Source: Hydrolagus affinis (taxonomy: Eukaryota). Taken from it: DNA of 64,000 bases. Position numbers and translations under genes: made by a program. The stretch lies in the NCBI GenBank assembly GCA_012026655.1, contig JAAILG010000059.1, positions 62,001 through 126,000 of the forward strand, in the 5' to 3' direction. Shown one piece after another: positions 12,872 to 25,873 of the stretch. Every line of letters begins with the position of its first letter. Position 1 is the stretch's first letter. Under the pieces are notes generated by a model that ran no database searches, was not told the DNA's origin, and saw only the letters and a list, made by a program, of their open reading frames with translations.

Positions 12872-13355
12872 CTGAATAAAATAGGGGCACGTTGTTAAAG
12901 AAGACAACAACTGCATCTTATATCAAGGTACAGTAATGAGGTGTGATTTACATTAAAATATTTTTAAACTTAAATGAATGCAGCAGAACAGAATATTTTC
13001 AAATCAACATTCACGTAGAGGAAAGCAGAACAAAATAGTAATTTTTTACAATCTACCCTGCAAGTGAGACAGGGCAATGAAATATTATGGATCTGATGTT
13101 AAACAATATCACAATGTGCTGAATGTGCACACCTGTCAAAGAAGAATCCAATATACTAGCGTATAATTCAAGTAGCCTACAGTAATAGTTTTCAATTGCT
13201 TTTCTAACAATCGAGATAGAGATCATGTCAACTGTTGCAACCAGTTGTCCAGGTAACTTCTCAAAGATTCAATTTGATGTTGTTGTCATACCAAACAAAT
13301 GAGTTGACGAACCTCTTCTTGATTCAAGATTTTACTTAACAGCATTCCCGAGATA

Positions 13356-13480
13356 TTTATCTCGCCCTTTTCATCTCATGCCGCGCGATATCTTCAACTC
13401 AATTGACACCTTTCTAAAGTAGGGACAGGTTGTTAAAAAAACAACAACAACAGCTGCTTCTTATATCAAGGTGCAGTACA
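13356..13480 (-). pseudogene. Decayed tandem duplicate of exon 12817-12871 and its upstream intron
   Basis: 40 of 54 nt identical by eye to the exon. Reads VSIELKISRGMR*KGRDK, the donor is lost, and the flanking GTTGTTAAA...CTTATATCAAGGT.CAGTA is also duplicated. Confidence 0.75.
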
Positions 13481-14269
13481 TTGCAACCTTATTTAAGAAA
13501 CAAATAAACAATATGAAAGGCAAGTCAAAGCTCACTTCAGTTACTGGCACAAAGGAAATGTGTTGCGTTTGTAGATGGGAAGTTGAAGTGAGTAAAGTAA
13601 TTATTGGGAGGTTTGTGCACTCAAGAAAACGTCACCTTTTCCAAAGAGTGCAGCACCTGATATACAAGGATAATAATTTAGATCCAGCGAATAATTCCTG
13701 GGCCTTTTGGGATGCAATAATCCCATTTTAATACACGTTGAATTACTCACAGGTGAAAACTATCCATGACCACAGCCAAATCTAAAAGTGGTTAACCAGA
13801 GTGATCTGAATCCAATTGCTTTGTATTTAGAAAAACCCATACAGGTTCAATCACACTTCCTATATCATTAGCAGCCATGGCCCGAGGACGTTTCCTTCTT
13901 TAACAGCAATGCACTAAAAATAATCACCCAGAACTTCTGTACACACAGAACTGAGAAAATTTGGAAACAAAACTATCCCCCTATACTTCCTCCAGCAATT
14001 TGTGTCAAAGCATGAAAAATGCCAGTAAATGTCAGCACTGGCATTGTAATTGTTTAAATCCCCTAAGAAGAAGATGGCACATGAGCTTGTACAGTACTAG
14101 GAAAGATGGGCTGACGGGAGTTACATGTGAGCCAGTGTTTCAATTTTTTTTTTTTTAAATTTCCATATGGGCCCAGTCCACTTAGGTTTGAATTCTGGAC
14201 ACCTGGAGTCCGATAAACCGAACAGTATATGTGTACACTGCGTAGTCTAAAGACTTAATAAAGCATAAT

Positions 14270-14460
14270 GGCACACACAAAAAAATGCATGTTAAAGCTA
14301 TGGATTAGTTCACAGTAGAGGACAAATGGACGAAGAGGAAATCGGTTTAACAGTACAAAGGGCATTTTCGGGACACATACTAGGAGGTTGTTCTTTACCT
14401 GGGGGGTAATTAATGACTGGAACAGGTTGCAAGGAAGGGTGGTTTGAGACAACAGCACTG
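14270..14460 (+). mobile_element. CR1 LINE ORF2 C-terminal fragment
   Basis: Reads ...RRGNRFNSTKGIFGTHTRRLFFTWGVINDWNRLQGRVV, resembling the CR1 motif RGH..K....F....RK.FF..RVIN.WN.LP..VV. Confidence 0.7.
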
Positions 14461-17400
14461 GACTAATTTATTGTTCCCCCAACAGAGCATCAAGCTGCTT
14501 TCTCAACTGGACATTGCTGCAACGCAAAGCATCTTCAGCTGCATATCCATTTTCAGTCATTGCAATTGACTATTGGAAGTGCCTCTCTAATTAGATGGCA
14601 AGGTAAAGTGTGATTCATTAATCTTAGTTTTCATAACAAACACGATAGCTGATGTACTCTTGCTTTACAACCCTTCTAGCTTTTCAATCAACATTGCTAA
14701 AACAAATATTTGACTGCATTGAAATATGTAATGAGCTGTAAGAATCTGGATCACTAGTAAATACATTTAAGTCATAGGGAAAAAAAATCATAATGCACTT
14801 TGCCAATGCGGTTAAAACCATACGCTCTAGTACCCCGTTGACCAAACCATATGTTCTTGTGCACGTTCGAAGGTGAGCTGAAGGATCCTGCAGCGTTTTC
14901 ATAACAAGCAACATCATGTCTCCGTCACAAGAGTAAATACTGTCGTGATAAATAATGTCACATATTATCTCAAGTGTTCATTTTACTTACAGACAGCTTC
15001 ATTGCTGTTCATACTGAGGACAGCAATTCTAGATTTGCAATTAATCTTTTATACTAAGCGCTTCTTCATGAGAGCGAGTTACTCCAGTCACAACATCGAG
15101 TGCAAACAAAAATTGACCACATCCAGGTTTCTCAAGTCATAAAGCGCAGGAAGTGTCTGTTTATCTCAGGTTTGCAGAGTTCAAACCAATTTTCAATACA
15201 TTTTCATCTTCATTAATTCCTGAACTCGCAAAGGTTGTACTTAATGGGAATAAATGACAAATAATCTTCAATGAAAAGGTGAACGTGTCTGCGCAAGAGA
15301 AGAAATGTTTGAAGAAAATAATTAAAAATTCTGGCCTTTCTCCATGTAACCATATTATTGATGAGGATAATAATATGGTAATAACTCCCAGCAGGAGTAG
15401 GAAAGAGGTAAAAAAAATTGCATTCAGATTAATGACAGATCACTAAGAATTTCCTGCTGCAGAAAACATATACAACATTCAAAATGCCAGTCAAATCATG
15501 GTGCCTAACTTATCATTGAAGATACAAATCACAAGCAAATTAAGTAATGCACGAGGAAAGGGAGAGAAAGCAGGAGAGAAGTGAGATGAGATGTGCTAAT
15601 TATCCCCAATAAATCGGCCACCGCATTTTCTCTGTTGACACCTCCCCAATACAAAGTAGTGAGCCCAATAATGCTGGTAAATGCTCCCTTATCTTCCTCC
15701 ACTGAATTGAAGTAATTAGAAAGTTATGTATGGAACTTGATTGGCAGGAGTGCTCACTCACGACTGGTCACTGCTTGTGTGAGGTCAAGCACATCCGAAA
15801 TATCTTGTTAAAAAAAAAGCTACTATGTAGAGGCAATTATTTTATTATTGGCAGTATTTCACATTGGTAATTAGCTGGTACCCTGCTTCTTGTCAGTTCA
15901 ACCACTCCTAACTTCAGAATACACCTTAGCTGATTTCGCGTCTCATTACAGTACTATAATAAATGAATCCCACAGCACTTGATTTTATTCTCTTTAACCT
16001 ATTTTCATCTGTCATCCGTGATTTAAAACTGCAAAATAATTAGAGTAGTAAGTAATGTTGAGCTAAAAACTCTTCACATATTTCAGGTTACTGAGCAGAA
16101 AGGACGCCACATACAAAGCTACATCTATAATCCGCTACATAAAAGTGAATCCCTTATTAGCGCTGAGCATATAAAACACCTGCTGCATTACACTAAACTA
16201 ATGTGATGGCTCCTGTACACAGCACTTCTGTGTTGAACATTTTGCATCTGGATTGGCATTTAATTAAACACATGTAAATGGAATCATTGCACAGAACTTC
16301 GCTGATTCAGCACTCAGGGTGCGGGAGCGGAGGGGTGGAGAGCTGTTGGGGAACGAGAAACAGTAGTAGAAACTGGGTCCTTAACGTCAGAAAGAAAACA
16401 AAATCGCAACTAGGTCATAGACGACAAACGATTCAAATATGCAAGTGATGCAAATAGAACCCAGTTGGATAAGAATTGCATTTATTCTCATGGTACGAGT
16501 AAAAATAAAGTCAGAATTTGTCGCAAATACATTCCAAACAATTGCACCTCCCCACAAATGCAATGCCCGCTGGCGTTAACCTGAAGACAGGTTGCAAAAC
16601 AGCGTCTGTGGTTTGGTTCAGCACCTGCCTGCGGGGAATCCATTATTTCTCTTCCAAAATGTGAATTTGAAGCGACCCTCACATATTATACAGTTGACTT
16701 AATGCAGGCACTGACAGAACGAAGGGGAACCAAACGTCAAGTCCGTCTGACTGTGAGAGAAACATTGCTAGCAGATGTGGCCCGAATTCATGTAATTCAG
16801 TGATGGCAAGGTCCAGAAAAGGGGTTGTTTGCGAACAGGTTTCCTTGATATTCACTTGGGACTCGGCAACAGGGAAATCCTGTTGGAAACCAGTAGCATT
16901 TCACGATTAATTCACGGGGGTGGTTGAGGCCAGGATACTGGAATCGTGTGCAAAAAAAAGTTTTCTGCTGTGATGGGAAGATGCTGGGACTAAGTATTCT
17001 TGAAAGAGCAGATAACATGAGTTGAAAGGCCTTCTTCATCCAAACTGATGTTGTAATCTTCACTTCAACTGTTCCATTGAGTCAGCACTAATATATCATC
17101 AGTTACCTGCTGAATTTTCAGTTAGCATCCAAGTCCTGATTACAGAATCCCAATGCCAACAGATATATTTTACAGACCTCCAATACTGGTACATTGTAAA
17201 CATGTGTCCTTCAATAATTGGTACCGATACATTAATTAGGTTCTACAGATTTGAATGACAGGTCTTCAATCTTTTTCTCTGCCTCATGTCAACTTGTGTA
17301 CCAGATGCACGGCGACAAAATGAAACATGATCAGATATTCAATAATAAAATATGTACTAGTGGATACTGAGTGAGTCCACGTCCTCCTGACGTGAAAGGC

Positions 17401-17619
17401 ACTATGTAACTACAAGTGTAATTTTGTTGTTGTTGTTCGTGCACATATTTCAATACTTTCTTTAAAAGAGTTTATGCACAATTCGATGCTGTACTCTGAG
17501 CATATTCCAGTATTCTGACCAGCAGGATTGATTTCAAGACACTCTGAGATGTTGAGCTTTCGAATAATAATACTAATACTACTAATAATAATCCTTGCAT
17601 TTCATATATTTGTGGATTT

Positions 17620-17745
17620 TTGCCCATAAATATATACTGTAAGTCAATTCACTTTACAGTATATTCTGTGAAGCGCTTTGGGATGTCGATAAGATGTGAA
17701 AAGCGCTATATCAAATGCATGGATTATATTATTATATATATTATT
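17620..17745 (+). mobile_element. SINE 3' tail
   Basis: GTCAATTCACTTTACAGTATATTCTGTGAAGCGCTTTGGGATGTCG...ATCAAATGCATGGATTAT. Confidence 0.85.
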
Positions 17746-17754
17746 ATATATATT

Positions 17755-18045
17755 ATATACAGCACTTTTCATGTCTTTTAGATGTCTCAAAGCACTTCAC
17801 AGAATATACTGTAGCGTGAATTGACTGTATATTTGTGGTCGAAACGTGGCAGCCAATTGTGCACAGTAGTGTCATGCAAACCGTCATGGATTGAGTGACC
17901 AAATTATTATTGTTTTTCTTTCTTGAGGGATCATTATCAAGCGTGTGGAAAAAGGAAACTTGCTCAAGGTTTCACCCTGCAGGGAATTGAAACCAAGTCT
18001 CTTGCTTGCAAGGCGAGTGCTTTAACCACTGAGCAATAGGACTCC
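17755..18045 (-). mobile_element. tRNA/Deu/L2-tail SINE, head type A (TGC anticodon-like loop)
   Basis: Reverse complement GGAGTCCTATTGCTCAGTGGTTAAAGCACTCGCCTTGCAAGCAAGAG... followed by the family body. Confidence 0.9.
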
Positions 18046-18724
18046 ATAATGTTGATACCAGTGTAGGGGTGGAAGATGCTGCACTGTGAGAGGCATATTT
18101 CTTTGGTTGTTAAATTGCTCTGCTTTCCTTTTGTTAACTGCAGAACTGCACAAGATTTGTGGCTACTAGAGAGTGATGGATACTGTGGGTGATGGGGAAA
18201 ATAAGATAATTTTAAAAATATACATATCACACATGTCTATTCCAATTGGATGCATGTTAATTTTCACGTGCAAACTATTGAAGTATTATAGCTTTAATAA
18301 TACTTAAAAGCAGCTGAAAATTAATTGTATAAGCAGTCAAAGAACACATTGGAACTCGTTCTTCAAATTACAGGTTTTCGCAACTTCAGAAACCAACCAT
18401 TAGCATTGCTTCGAGTTACGGCAGTAATAAAAGCTGTATTCAACATTCGCCAAAGTCAACTCTTTCTCAATTTTTTTTTCTGCACGATATTGCTTCTTAA
18501 TTGAAAATATACTTGACAGTACAGTTTATATAATAGGAATCCCTGTCGAGAGTGTGAAGAATTCCATTGTTCCTCAATTTACTGCACAGGGAGTTCTGGA
18601 GATGCTACTCCAGCTAATTCAGTTAACTCTTCCTCTACCTTTTGTTATTTAGAACCATAGAAAGTTATAGCACTTTGACACAATGCATCTGTGCTGGCTT
18701 TTTAGAAAGGTCAGCCATATATCT

Positions 18725-19030
18725 GCCCTTTCCCCTACTATTGTTCCCCACCTTTGCCTACCCCTCCCCCTTATCCTCTTTTCCCCCTTTCTCCCCTGGT
18801 CCCATTTCCATGACCGTTTGTGGGACACTGCTATGCACAATTTGGCTGCCGTGTTTCGTCCACAAATATACACTCAATTTTCCTACTTTCCTTCCCCCAA
18901 TCACGACCCCTCCCCACCTGCTCTGATCTCAACCTTGGGACATTGTTGTATTCTGTGAAGCGCTTTGAGACATCGAGAAGATGTGGAAAGCGCTATATAA
19001 ACTTAAGGATTATTATTATTATTATTATAT
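18725..19030 (+). mobile_element. Pyrimidine-rich L2-like 3'UTR containing the Deu segment, with a SINE-type (TAT)n tail
   Basis: Colinear with the reverse complement of 37150-37420 on both sides of the Deu motif. Confidence 0.75.
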
Positions 19031-19290
19031 ACTCCTTGTAAAGCAATTTGGTTAAACTGTTTCCAAAATACATAGCATTATCATGTACAATATTGTTCTC
19101 ACTGCGCTTGCAGCTTACTAAATAGTTAACTAACAGATGAATGTTGGAGTCTCGCATGAGAGGATATGTAAGAACATTTCTAAATCTATAACCCTGCATG
19201 TACCCAGATGGTTCTCACAGAAACCTGCTGGAACTTTGCTCGGGTATGAATCACAGTCAGTGTCTTGCTGGCAATCTTCTTCAACCGACC

Positions 19291-19455
19291 ACAACAACAA
19301 AATTACATTTGTACAGCATCGGGGGGACATCCCAAGGCACTGGACAGTCAGTATTTCAGGGCTAAGCTGAAAGCAGGGAAGTGGGGTGTGGTGACCGATG
19401 GTACCGTCAAAGAGGAGGTTCTTGAGGCAGGACTTGAAGGAGGCTCGAGAGGGAA
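19291..19455 (-). mobile_element. L2 3' fragment
   Basis: (CAA)n plus stem-loop remnant, and GTCAAAGAGGAGGTTCTTGAGGCAGGACTTGAAGG (reverse of an FKxxLKxxLFD-like stretch). Confidence 0.7.
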
Positions 19456-21789
19456 ATCATACCAGTGAATGGGCTAACTTGGCACGACATGCATATAGAT
19501 GTATATTGGATTCTACATTGGGTTATTCCCTTTGCAGTTACCACATTAATAACTCAATGGGAATTTTTAGATGGTTTAGTTGGATACAGTAGGTATTGAA
19601 ACTGACAACTAAATCTGTGTCTCTTTGAAATGCGTGCATTGTGTAAAAAAAAATTAGCAGAAGCATTCTAATTGAATCTCTGGGATTAAAATAAGTGAAT
19701 TAACTGAGTTTCCTCCTTGTACATTAAAAACAAAACATTTTAGTGAGATGCAAAATGAAACCGTGGGACTTCTTTCCTGAGTTTGGCAATTGGTGTTTTT
19801 TTGGGGATGACCCACCTAATACCTTCAATGTTGCCAACTTCTATAAACCTAACACGCTCGAAAGAACCCACATAAACTGTTCTGCTATTCAGCTCTTTCC
19901 TGAAAGGAGCTTGCCTGAGGTGTCACAAATTCTAGCTGTGAACGGATGATAAAGATTCCCCTGAAGGGAAGTGAACTCGAGAAATCTTTGCCCGTAACAC
20001 TGAATGATAGAATCGGGTCACAAGTCACCGATGGTGAAATTCACTTTGGAATTGCTGAACCTTTATCTTGAAAGTACACGTTTTCTAATAAGACAGCAAC
20101 ATGATTCCATTGTGGTTAACAGAGAACTTCCATCCACAAATTATTTCTGAACTACATTCAATATACAGATGAGGGGAAATGGAGTGGTGAGGAGTGGGGA
20201 AGAAGGTAAATTGATTTCCGTACAAAATGGGCTGACATTGTTGTTCCTGTATAACATATTAATTTTAATGTTTCTCTGTTTTTTTATTGTTATAAGGAAT
20301 GTTTGATCAAGTAGTGCTATAATTGAGCATTCCTTCAATGAGTTCTGCACAATTACACACGTTTCCTTACAAATACACACATTTCCATACAAAAATACAG
20401 TCCCTACAATCCTGCGAAAAACTTTGAGATTGCCTCTCAGTGTGACAAGCTTTACATCAAATATAAAGATTATATTTTTACTCCAGCTTAAATGTCTGCA
20501 GTTTGAAAAAATTTCACTGTAGCAACAATTGCAAATGCCCAATGTTAACAATCTTCATTTCAATTAATCTTTGATCGGTACTTATTTTTGCAAATGTTTA
20601 ATGCGTCTGTTCAAATTCCATTAATGTGAAAGGTAACATGTTGTCCAGCCCAGAGATTTCAATTAGTCACACTAGTCATAGCAAGATTAATCTTGATGAA
20701 CAAAAACAGAGTCAGAATATAAGGCAGGTCTGGTGAAATGGGGATGGATTGAACATGTTCCTCAACAACTTCAGTGTCACATACTTGCAAGAATTCTCCA
20801 AAGTCAACATTGCTCAGCTGAGATGCATTTCAGTGAAAACACAGTATGTGGTTTCCTGTCTCTTGAAAATACACCTTTGAAATATTGCTCCTGTAATCCT
20901 AAAATACGAATGTTGTGGTGCAGAAGGAACAAAAAATGTGTCCAAAACAGATGTTTTCGGGCTTGGGGCGAGCATCTTCTGAACTGTCTCTGGAGCACAC
21001 ATTGAGCTGGTTTTGAACTTCCGTTGGGAACATAGGAAAGTACAAATCCAGTGAAGACTTTGTGGTTGATCAGAGCAAGTTGAGGAACCTTCAAGAGTAA
21101 CATGCTATATTTTTTATAAGGAAGCATATGGATGTACGGAAACAGCTTCGAGGGTTCACAACATAGCATTTGACTCATTCACGAGTTGATTGCCTACGGT
21201 CACCTCCGGCTTGGCATCAGGCCCCACTCCTGTCAAGCGCTCCAAGTCACTGCCCTGCGTGAAGGGAGCTATATAGATGCAAATTGTTGTTGTTGTTGAC
21301 CTTGGAGGGGGGAATTGGATTTTAACCAGCGAATCAACGCTCAGAAATGAGACTTGTACTTGCCTTGTCATCAAACACAGTCCGGTTGCGAGTTCTCTCC
21401 ATTTGTTTGTGAAGAAAACATTTTAAATTGATTTTTTTTTAAAAAACAGCTAAATTAACTTTGGAACAGTCTGAAAATTCAATTCTGCCACCCCTGTGGT
21501 CTTTTAACGCTTCACAATTCATTGATTTACGAGGAATGTCAGAGTACGTGGTCATCAGTCTCAATTACAGACAATGCCAATCACCCTAAATGGTCAGAAT
21601 TATGGTAATGAAACATTGCAGTTCTCAGTGCAAGTATGCTGAATAGCTCTGAATTATCAAGAAAATAAATTTAATGAGGCTACATTTGTTACTGAGCGGC
21701 GATCAGTCAGAATTATGGCATGATCTGCGGTTAAGGATTGGTGTGTGTTTGTACAAAGCCAGTTGATTAGTTTGGAAGCAGTGGTAGCT

Positions 21790-21895
21790 CTTGATAGGAC
21801 ATCATTTTACACGTGGACTCGAAATGTTGACTGAATTTCCCTTCTCCATAGATGCTGCCTGATCTGCTGAGTGTTCCCAGCGATTTCTATTTTTA
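21790..21895 (+). mobile_element. Degenerate Penelope-type terminal repeat fragment
   Basis: GGACTCGAAATGTTGACT...CTCCATAGATGCTGCCTGATCTGCTGAGTGTTCCCAGC matches the reverse complement of 52515-52600. Confidence 0.65.
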
Positions 21896-21965
21896 CAGAC
21901 AATATTGCAGATTCCACATTTTTAAGCAATTTACAGCAATATATGCACTGCACATAATCAATGGA

Positions 21966-22360
21966 TGTGGTACTCACTCGCCTCTGAATCAGAAAGCTGT
22001 GGGTTCAAGTCCCACCTCAAGACTTTGAACTTGCAAGTCTAGCCTGACATTTCAATGTAGTACTGGGGGTGGTTGCATCGCTGGAAGTGCCATCCTTAAG
22101 ACAAGACATTATATTGAGGTCCAATCTGGCCTGTTTAGGTAGATGTTCAAGATCCCTTAAAGAAGGGAGTTTCTCCTCGTGTCCTGACCAAAAATCCCCA
22201 GATAAAATTGATCATTATGTGACTGTAGTGGGATATTGCTGTGCGCAAATTGGTGTTTGCCCACATATTGCAGAGTCATTCATTTACATTAATCTGTGAA
22301 GCGCTTTGAGACGTCCTCCTGACATAAAAGCAACTCTATCAAGTGCCAAGGATTACTTAT
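21966..22360 (+). mobile_element. Near full-length SacSINE1-like Deu-SINE
   Basis: CACTCGCCTCTGAATCAGAAAGCTGTGGGTTCAAGTCCCAC tRNA head, long Deu domain, L2-type tail. Confidence 0.8.
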
Positions 22361-22522
22361 ATCACAAGATGTACCAGCATTATAGAAGCTGAGTACTACA
22401 GTTAATACAATGGACTGTTAATTCTATGAACACATTGAATATATTCATTCAAGGAAATGGCACAGATCAAATAATAATACTACATCTTATTGAATAAAAA
22501 ATGAAATGAATGTTTGCATAAC

Positions 22523-22560
22523 CTTAGCCATGTTTTTCCGTTTCTCTTGATTCTTGCTCT
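22523..22560 (-). CDS. Candidate internal coding exon, (E)SKNQEKRKNMAK, 38 nt, phase 1 to 0
   Basis: Acceptor gtgcttaatcttcag, donor AAG|gttatg, purine-rich, in phase with the neighbouring candidates. Confidence 0.5.
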
Positions 22561-23229
22561 CTGAAGATTAAGCACAGGAATACAAAGCTTTCAGCCATTT
22601 TGGAGTTCTAACCTTGCTCTTACCAACCCATTTTGAAAACATTGCACTCACATTTGACAGGCTTCCAAGCTAGTCTTATCTGTGTTAACACATTGTACTT
22701 CAATTGGAACTAGAAAATGACTTATGGCTGCGCAGTTCAGTATTTCTGCCTCATTGTAACCATACTGCAGTGTGTGAAGCAACTATATTGGCTGAGATTT
22801 TAGCTTGGCTCAAAGTTTTGTTTGAGAGACAAACAAAGAAAATTCCAGAACAACAACAATAACAACAACAAAATTACACTTGTATAGCGCCTTTCATGTC
22901 AGGAGGACATCCCAAGGCGCTGGACGACCTAGACCATGCCACAATATGTGTACTGAAACTACAGTTCTATTCGCAACAATATATTTTATTTTCTCTTGAA
23001 TGGCAATAGGATTTAAAGTTTGATTCCAGTTTATAAGTTAGGTTTTGTGGTATCAGAAATCCTCAGTGGTCAGCTCTGCTGTCCTTGGTTAGAAGGCTAT
23101 GGGGTTCAACCTCTTAGATGGGTCTTAGTCTTGGTTGATGCTTCAATGCTGTTCCAGGTAATCATTGCATTGTTTGGAGGTGGAGCGAAACATTAAAAGC
23201 AATCCTCTCTGCGGGTTCTGGCCTGCTAC

Positions 23230-23530
23230 ATGTCCTCCCACCTAGCCCTCCCCACCATTAGCAGTCGGGCAGTAAGCCTTTTTTGGGGGAAAAATTATCC
23301 CACAGACCCTTCGCCTCAGCCCCTTTTTTGCGTCCTTTAAACCCCTTCTCAAGACCCTCCTCTTCAACTGCACCATCGGTCAGCCTCCAACAAATACCCT
23401 CCCTGCCCTCCAAATCTCATGATTCCAATCCCTATTTCGAGTCCAAATGCTTGATTGTCTAGCGCCTTGTAATATATTGTCATCCTGGGAATGTCAAGTT
23501 GACAAGGAATTTGCTGTAAGTGCCATTGAA
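23230..23530 (+). mobile_element. Degenerate L2 3' region
   Basis: TCCTTTAAACCCCTTCTCAAGACCCTCCTCTTCAAC (FKPLLKTLLF) and an AGCGCCTTG tail remnant. Confidence 0.65.
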
Positions 23531-24255
23531 GTGACTGCATTGAGTTACTTGTGCATTACTGCACTTTGTTTAGCCTCAGTAGGACTAACTGCAGGTATCT
23601 GTGAGGCTTTGATCTCAGCGAGCATACAGGATGTTTGCTTACATCAAGAAATGGAGGTCATTTTGTTTCCTTGCCTGTAAAGCATTGCCCACTTGTTCCA
23701 ACATGCTGAGCTTCAAACATTGAGCTTTACATGCACAATCACCCAAATTAAACTGATCATTTTGTAGTCGCATGTTGTTACGTGGTTTAAGCTTTTACTT
23801 CTTTTAATTCAAAGAATCATCTCTGTGGTTTCCTGACATGTGAAGCTCTATTGGTTATTCCTCCACCTTCTTTCTCTCTCACGAAGAATGTAGGAGCCCA
23901 TTAATCAAGGTTTTACGGACAGTTATTAATGACCGAACAGAATGCAAGGTTCAGTAGTTTGATGCTTAAATTAGAATGCTTTGAAAACACAATAATGAGG
24001 GATTTGAAAGTTCAATTTCTGAAACTAAGTTTCTTCTGAATTCACTTATCATCACCTCATTGTTCCAGCTGGTGGATTGAGTATGGTTCAGGGTTTCTGT
24101 AAAAGACTCTCATTTCAGGGTCAGAATTAAAATCGGTGCCACCAATATCTCTCATTTCTTCCTGATTAATGTCCACAGCCATTCATCCTGGTTCAATACT
24201 TCAGTTACTTTGAAGTACCTTCTCATCATTCTGCTGTGGGCCATCCATCCTTTAT

Positions 24256-24923
24256 GTTGGGATATGGAGGTACTGTATTAAAAATTAATTATAGTTAGTT
24301 CCAATCAGGCACCAATTAAAACAATCTGTCCACAACACCAGGCATGGTCAGCAGCCTTGAGCAAAAGGGAGAGAAACAACTTGTCTACACAAAACACCAG
24401 GTGCACCCTGCGCTGAGACAACCTTGGGTACTGATCCGTGCTAATAACCCAAGGAGCTTCTAGGATAAATAAAGAATTGAAGGAGAGCGGCTCGAGATAT
24501 GGATAGGGACAGAGGACTCAATTAACAAAGGCGCAAAGGATTGTACTCATTTGGGAAATTGCCAAGTGAGTAGCAGGACAGCCATCTCAAGGTCTGGGAA
24601 AAGAAGGGAGGAGAACAACTCCCTACAACTCCGGCCTTTAGATAGTCTGGTTTTGACATCGCTTCTGGACAATGACCAAGTGATCAACTGACTGAGTTAG
24701 TTGTGGTGGAGAAGTATAAAGATAGGAGAGAAAGAGTGGCTCATTGCAACAGTTGGCGAGTGTCTCAGGGTAAACCGAGATCTCCAGCCTGCCACTGTTG
24801 TCCAGAACTACTGGAACGGGTCATGGTTCCAGTTGTTTTGTTTTACAGGCAGAGAAGGATCAGTTAGAGAAGGAAAGTTAGAAGGAGTGAGTATTGTGAG
24901 AAGCTTGAACCTGATGGTGTAAC
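24256..24923 (+). mobile_element. Possible solo LTR
   Basis: TGTT...AACA termini and an internal TATAAA near 24716 in a compositionally distinct block. No TSD found. Confidence 0.3.
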
Positions 24924-25873
24924 AGCCTGAATCCAGCATTGTATTCTACATAAAACTGATAGTATGATTGTTTTATTCTATCATGTTTTATTACTTATAA
25001 TCATTAAATCGCCATACCTTTATTAAGGATTGTTGGGTCATTATTTTGAACTCTCGGAATCGGAAATCCCAACATTTAATATTGGCAGAATTCTCTTTGA
25101 CACTCCTTTTACTGCTTGGTTGGTAAGCAAATGATTCATTTTGCGTGAAGCTTCAACCTTTCCCTGAGCAGATTCAGCAGATTTATCAGCCCGGGCAGTT
25201 GTTTCAAGTAAATGCTGACTTGTTTCTTTGATGACTGTTATGTGACCCTTTTTGCAATATTTAAATCTATGTTGATCATGTCTTTCCATGCAGCATTGGA
25301 TAAGCTATTACACAGAACATCACATCATACCACAGCTGAACCCAGCAGTACATTCTACTGCTGACTGAATCTGTAGATGGAAACCTCCACAATTGGATGG
25401 TCATGGTTTAATTCAAGGATCATTATGCTTCACATTTCACTTATGATTAGGAAAGTTATTAGGGTTAATTAAAAGGTTGTGAAACGACAAGCTGGAAAAT
25501 AATAACAACTCTTTTGCACAATGAGGATGCAATATTGTAACTCGAATTTGGAGGTTTACAAATCAATGGACCAGCAAACAGGATGAAAGTCATCCAAAGA
25601 ATACAGATTAATGATGCATTCACCACGGAATGCGGCTGCAGATTCATAACCATTTAAAATTTATATTTAATGTGCTTAATTTTAATCCTATAAATGTAAT
25701 GGAATTTATTTATTCAACACAATTAAATCTGGAGCTAAAGTTGACAAAAGTTCCATTCAGAAGACCCATAAGGAAGATTTACTCATCTTATTGGTAAAAT
25801 GGGTAGGGTAACCATTCACTTTAGTACAAGACTAAGAGATTTTGCCCGCAAAATATACAGTAAGTTCACTTTA

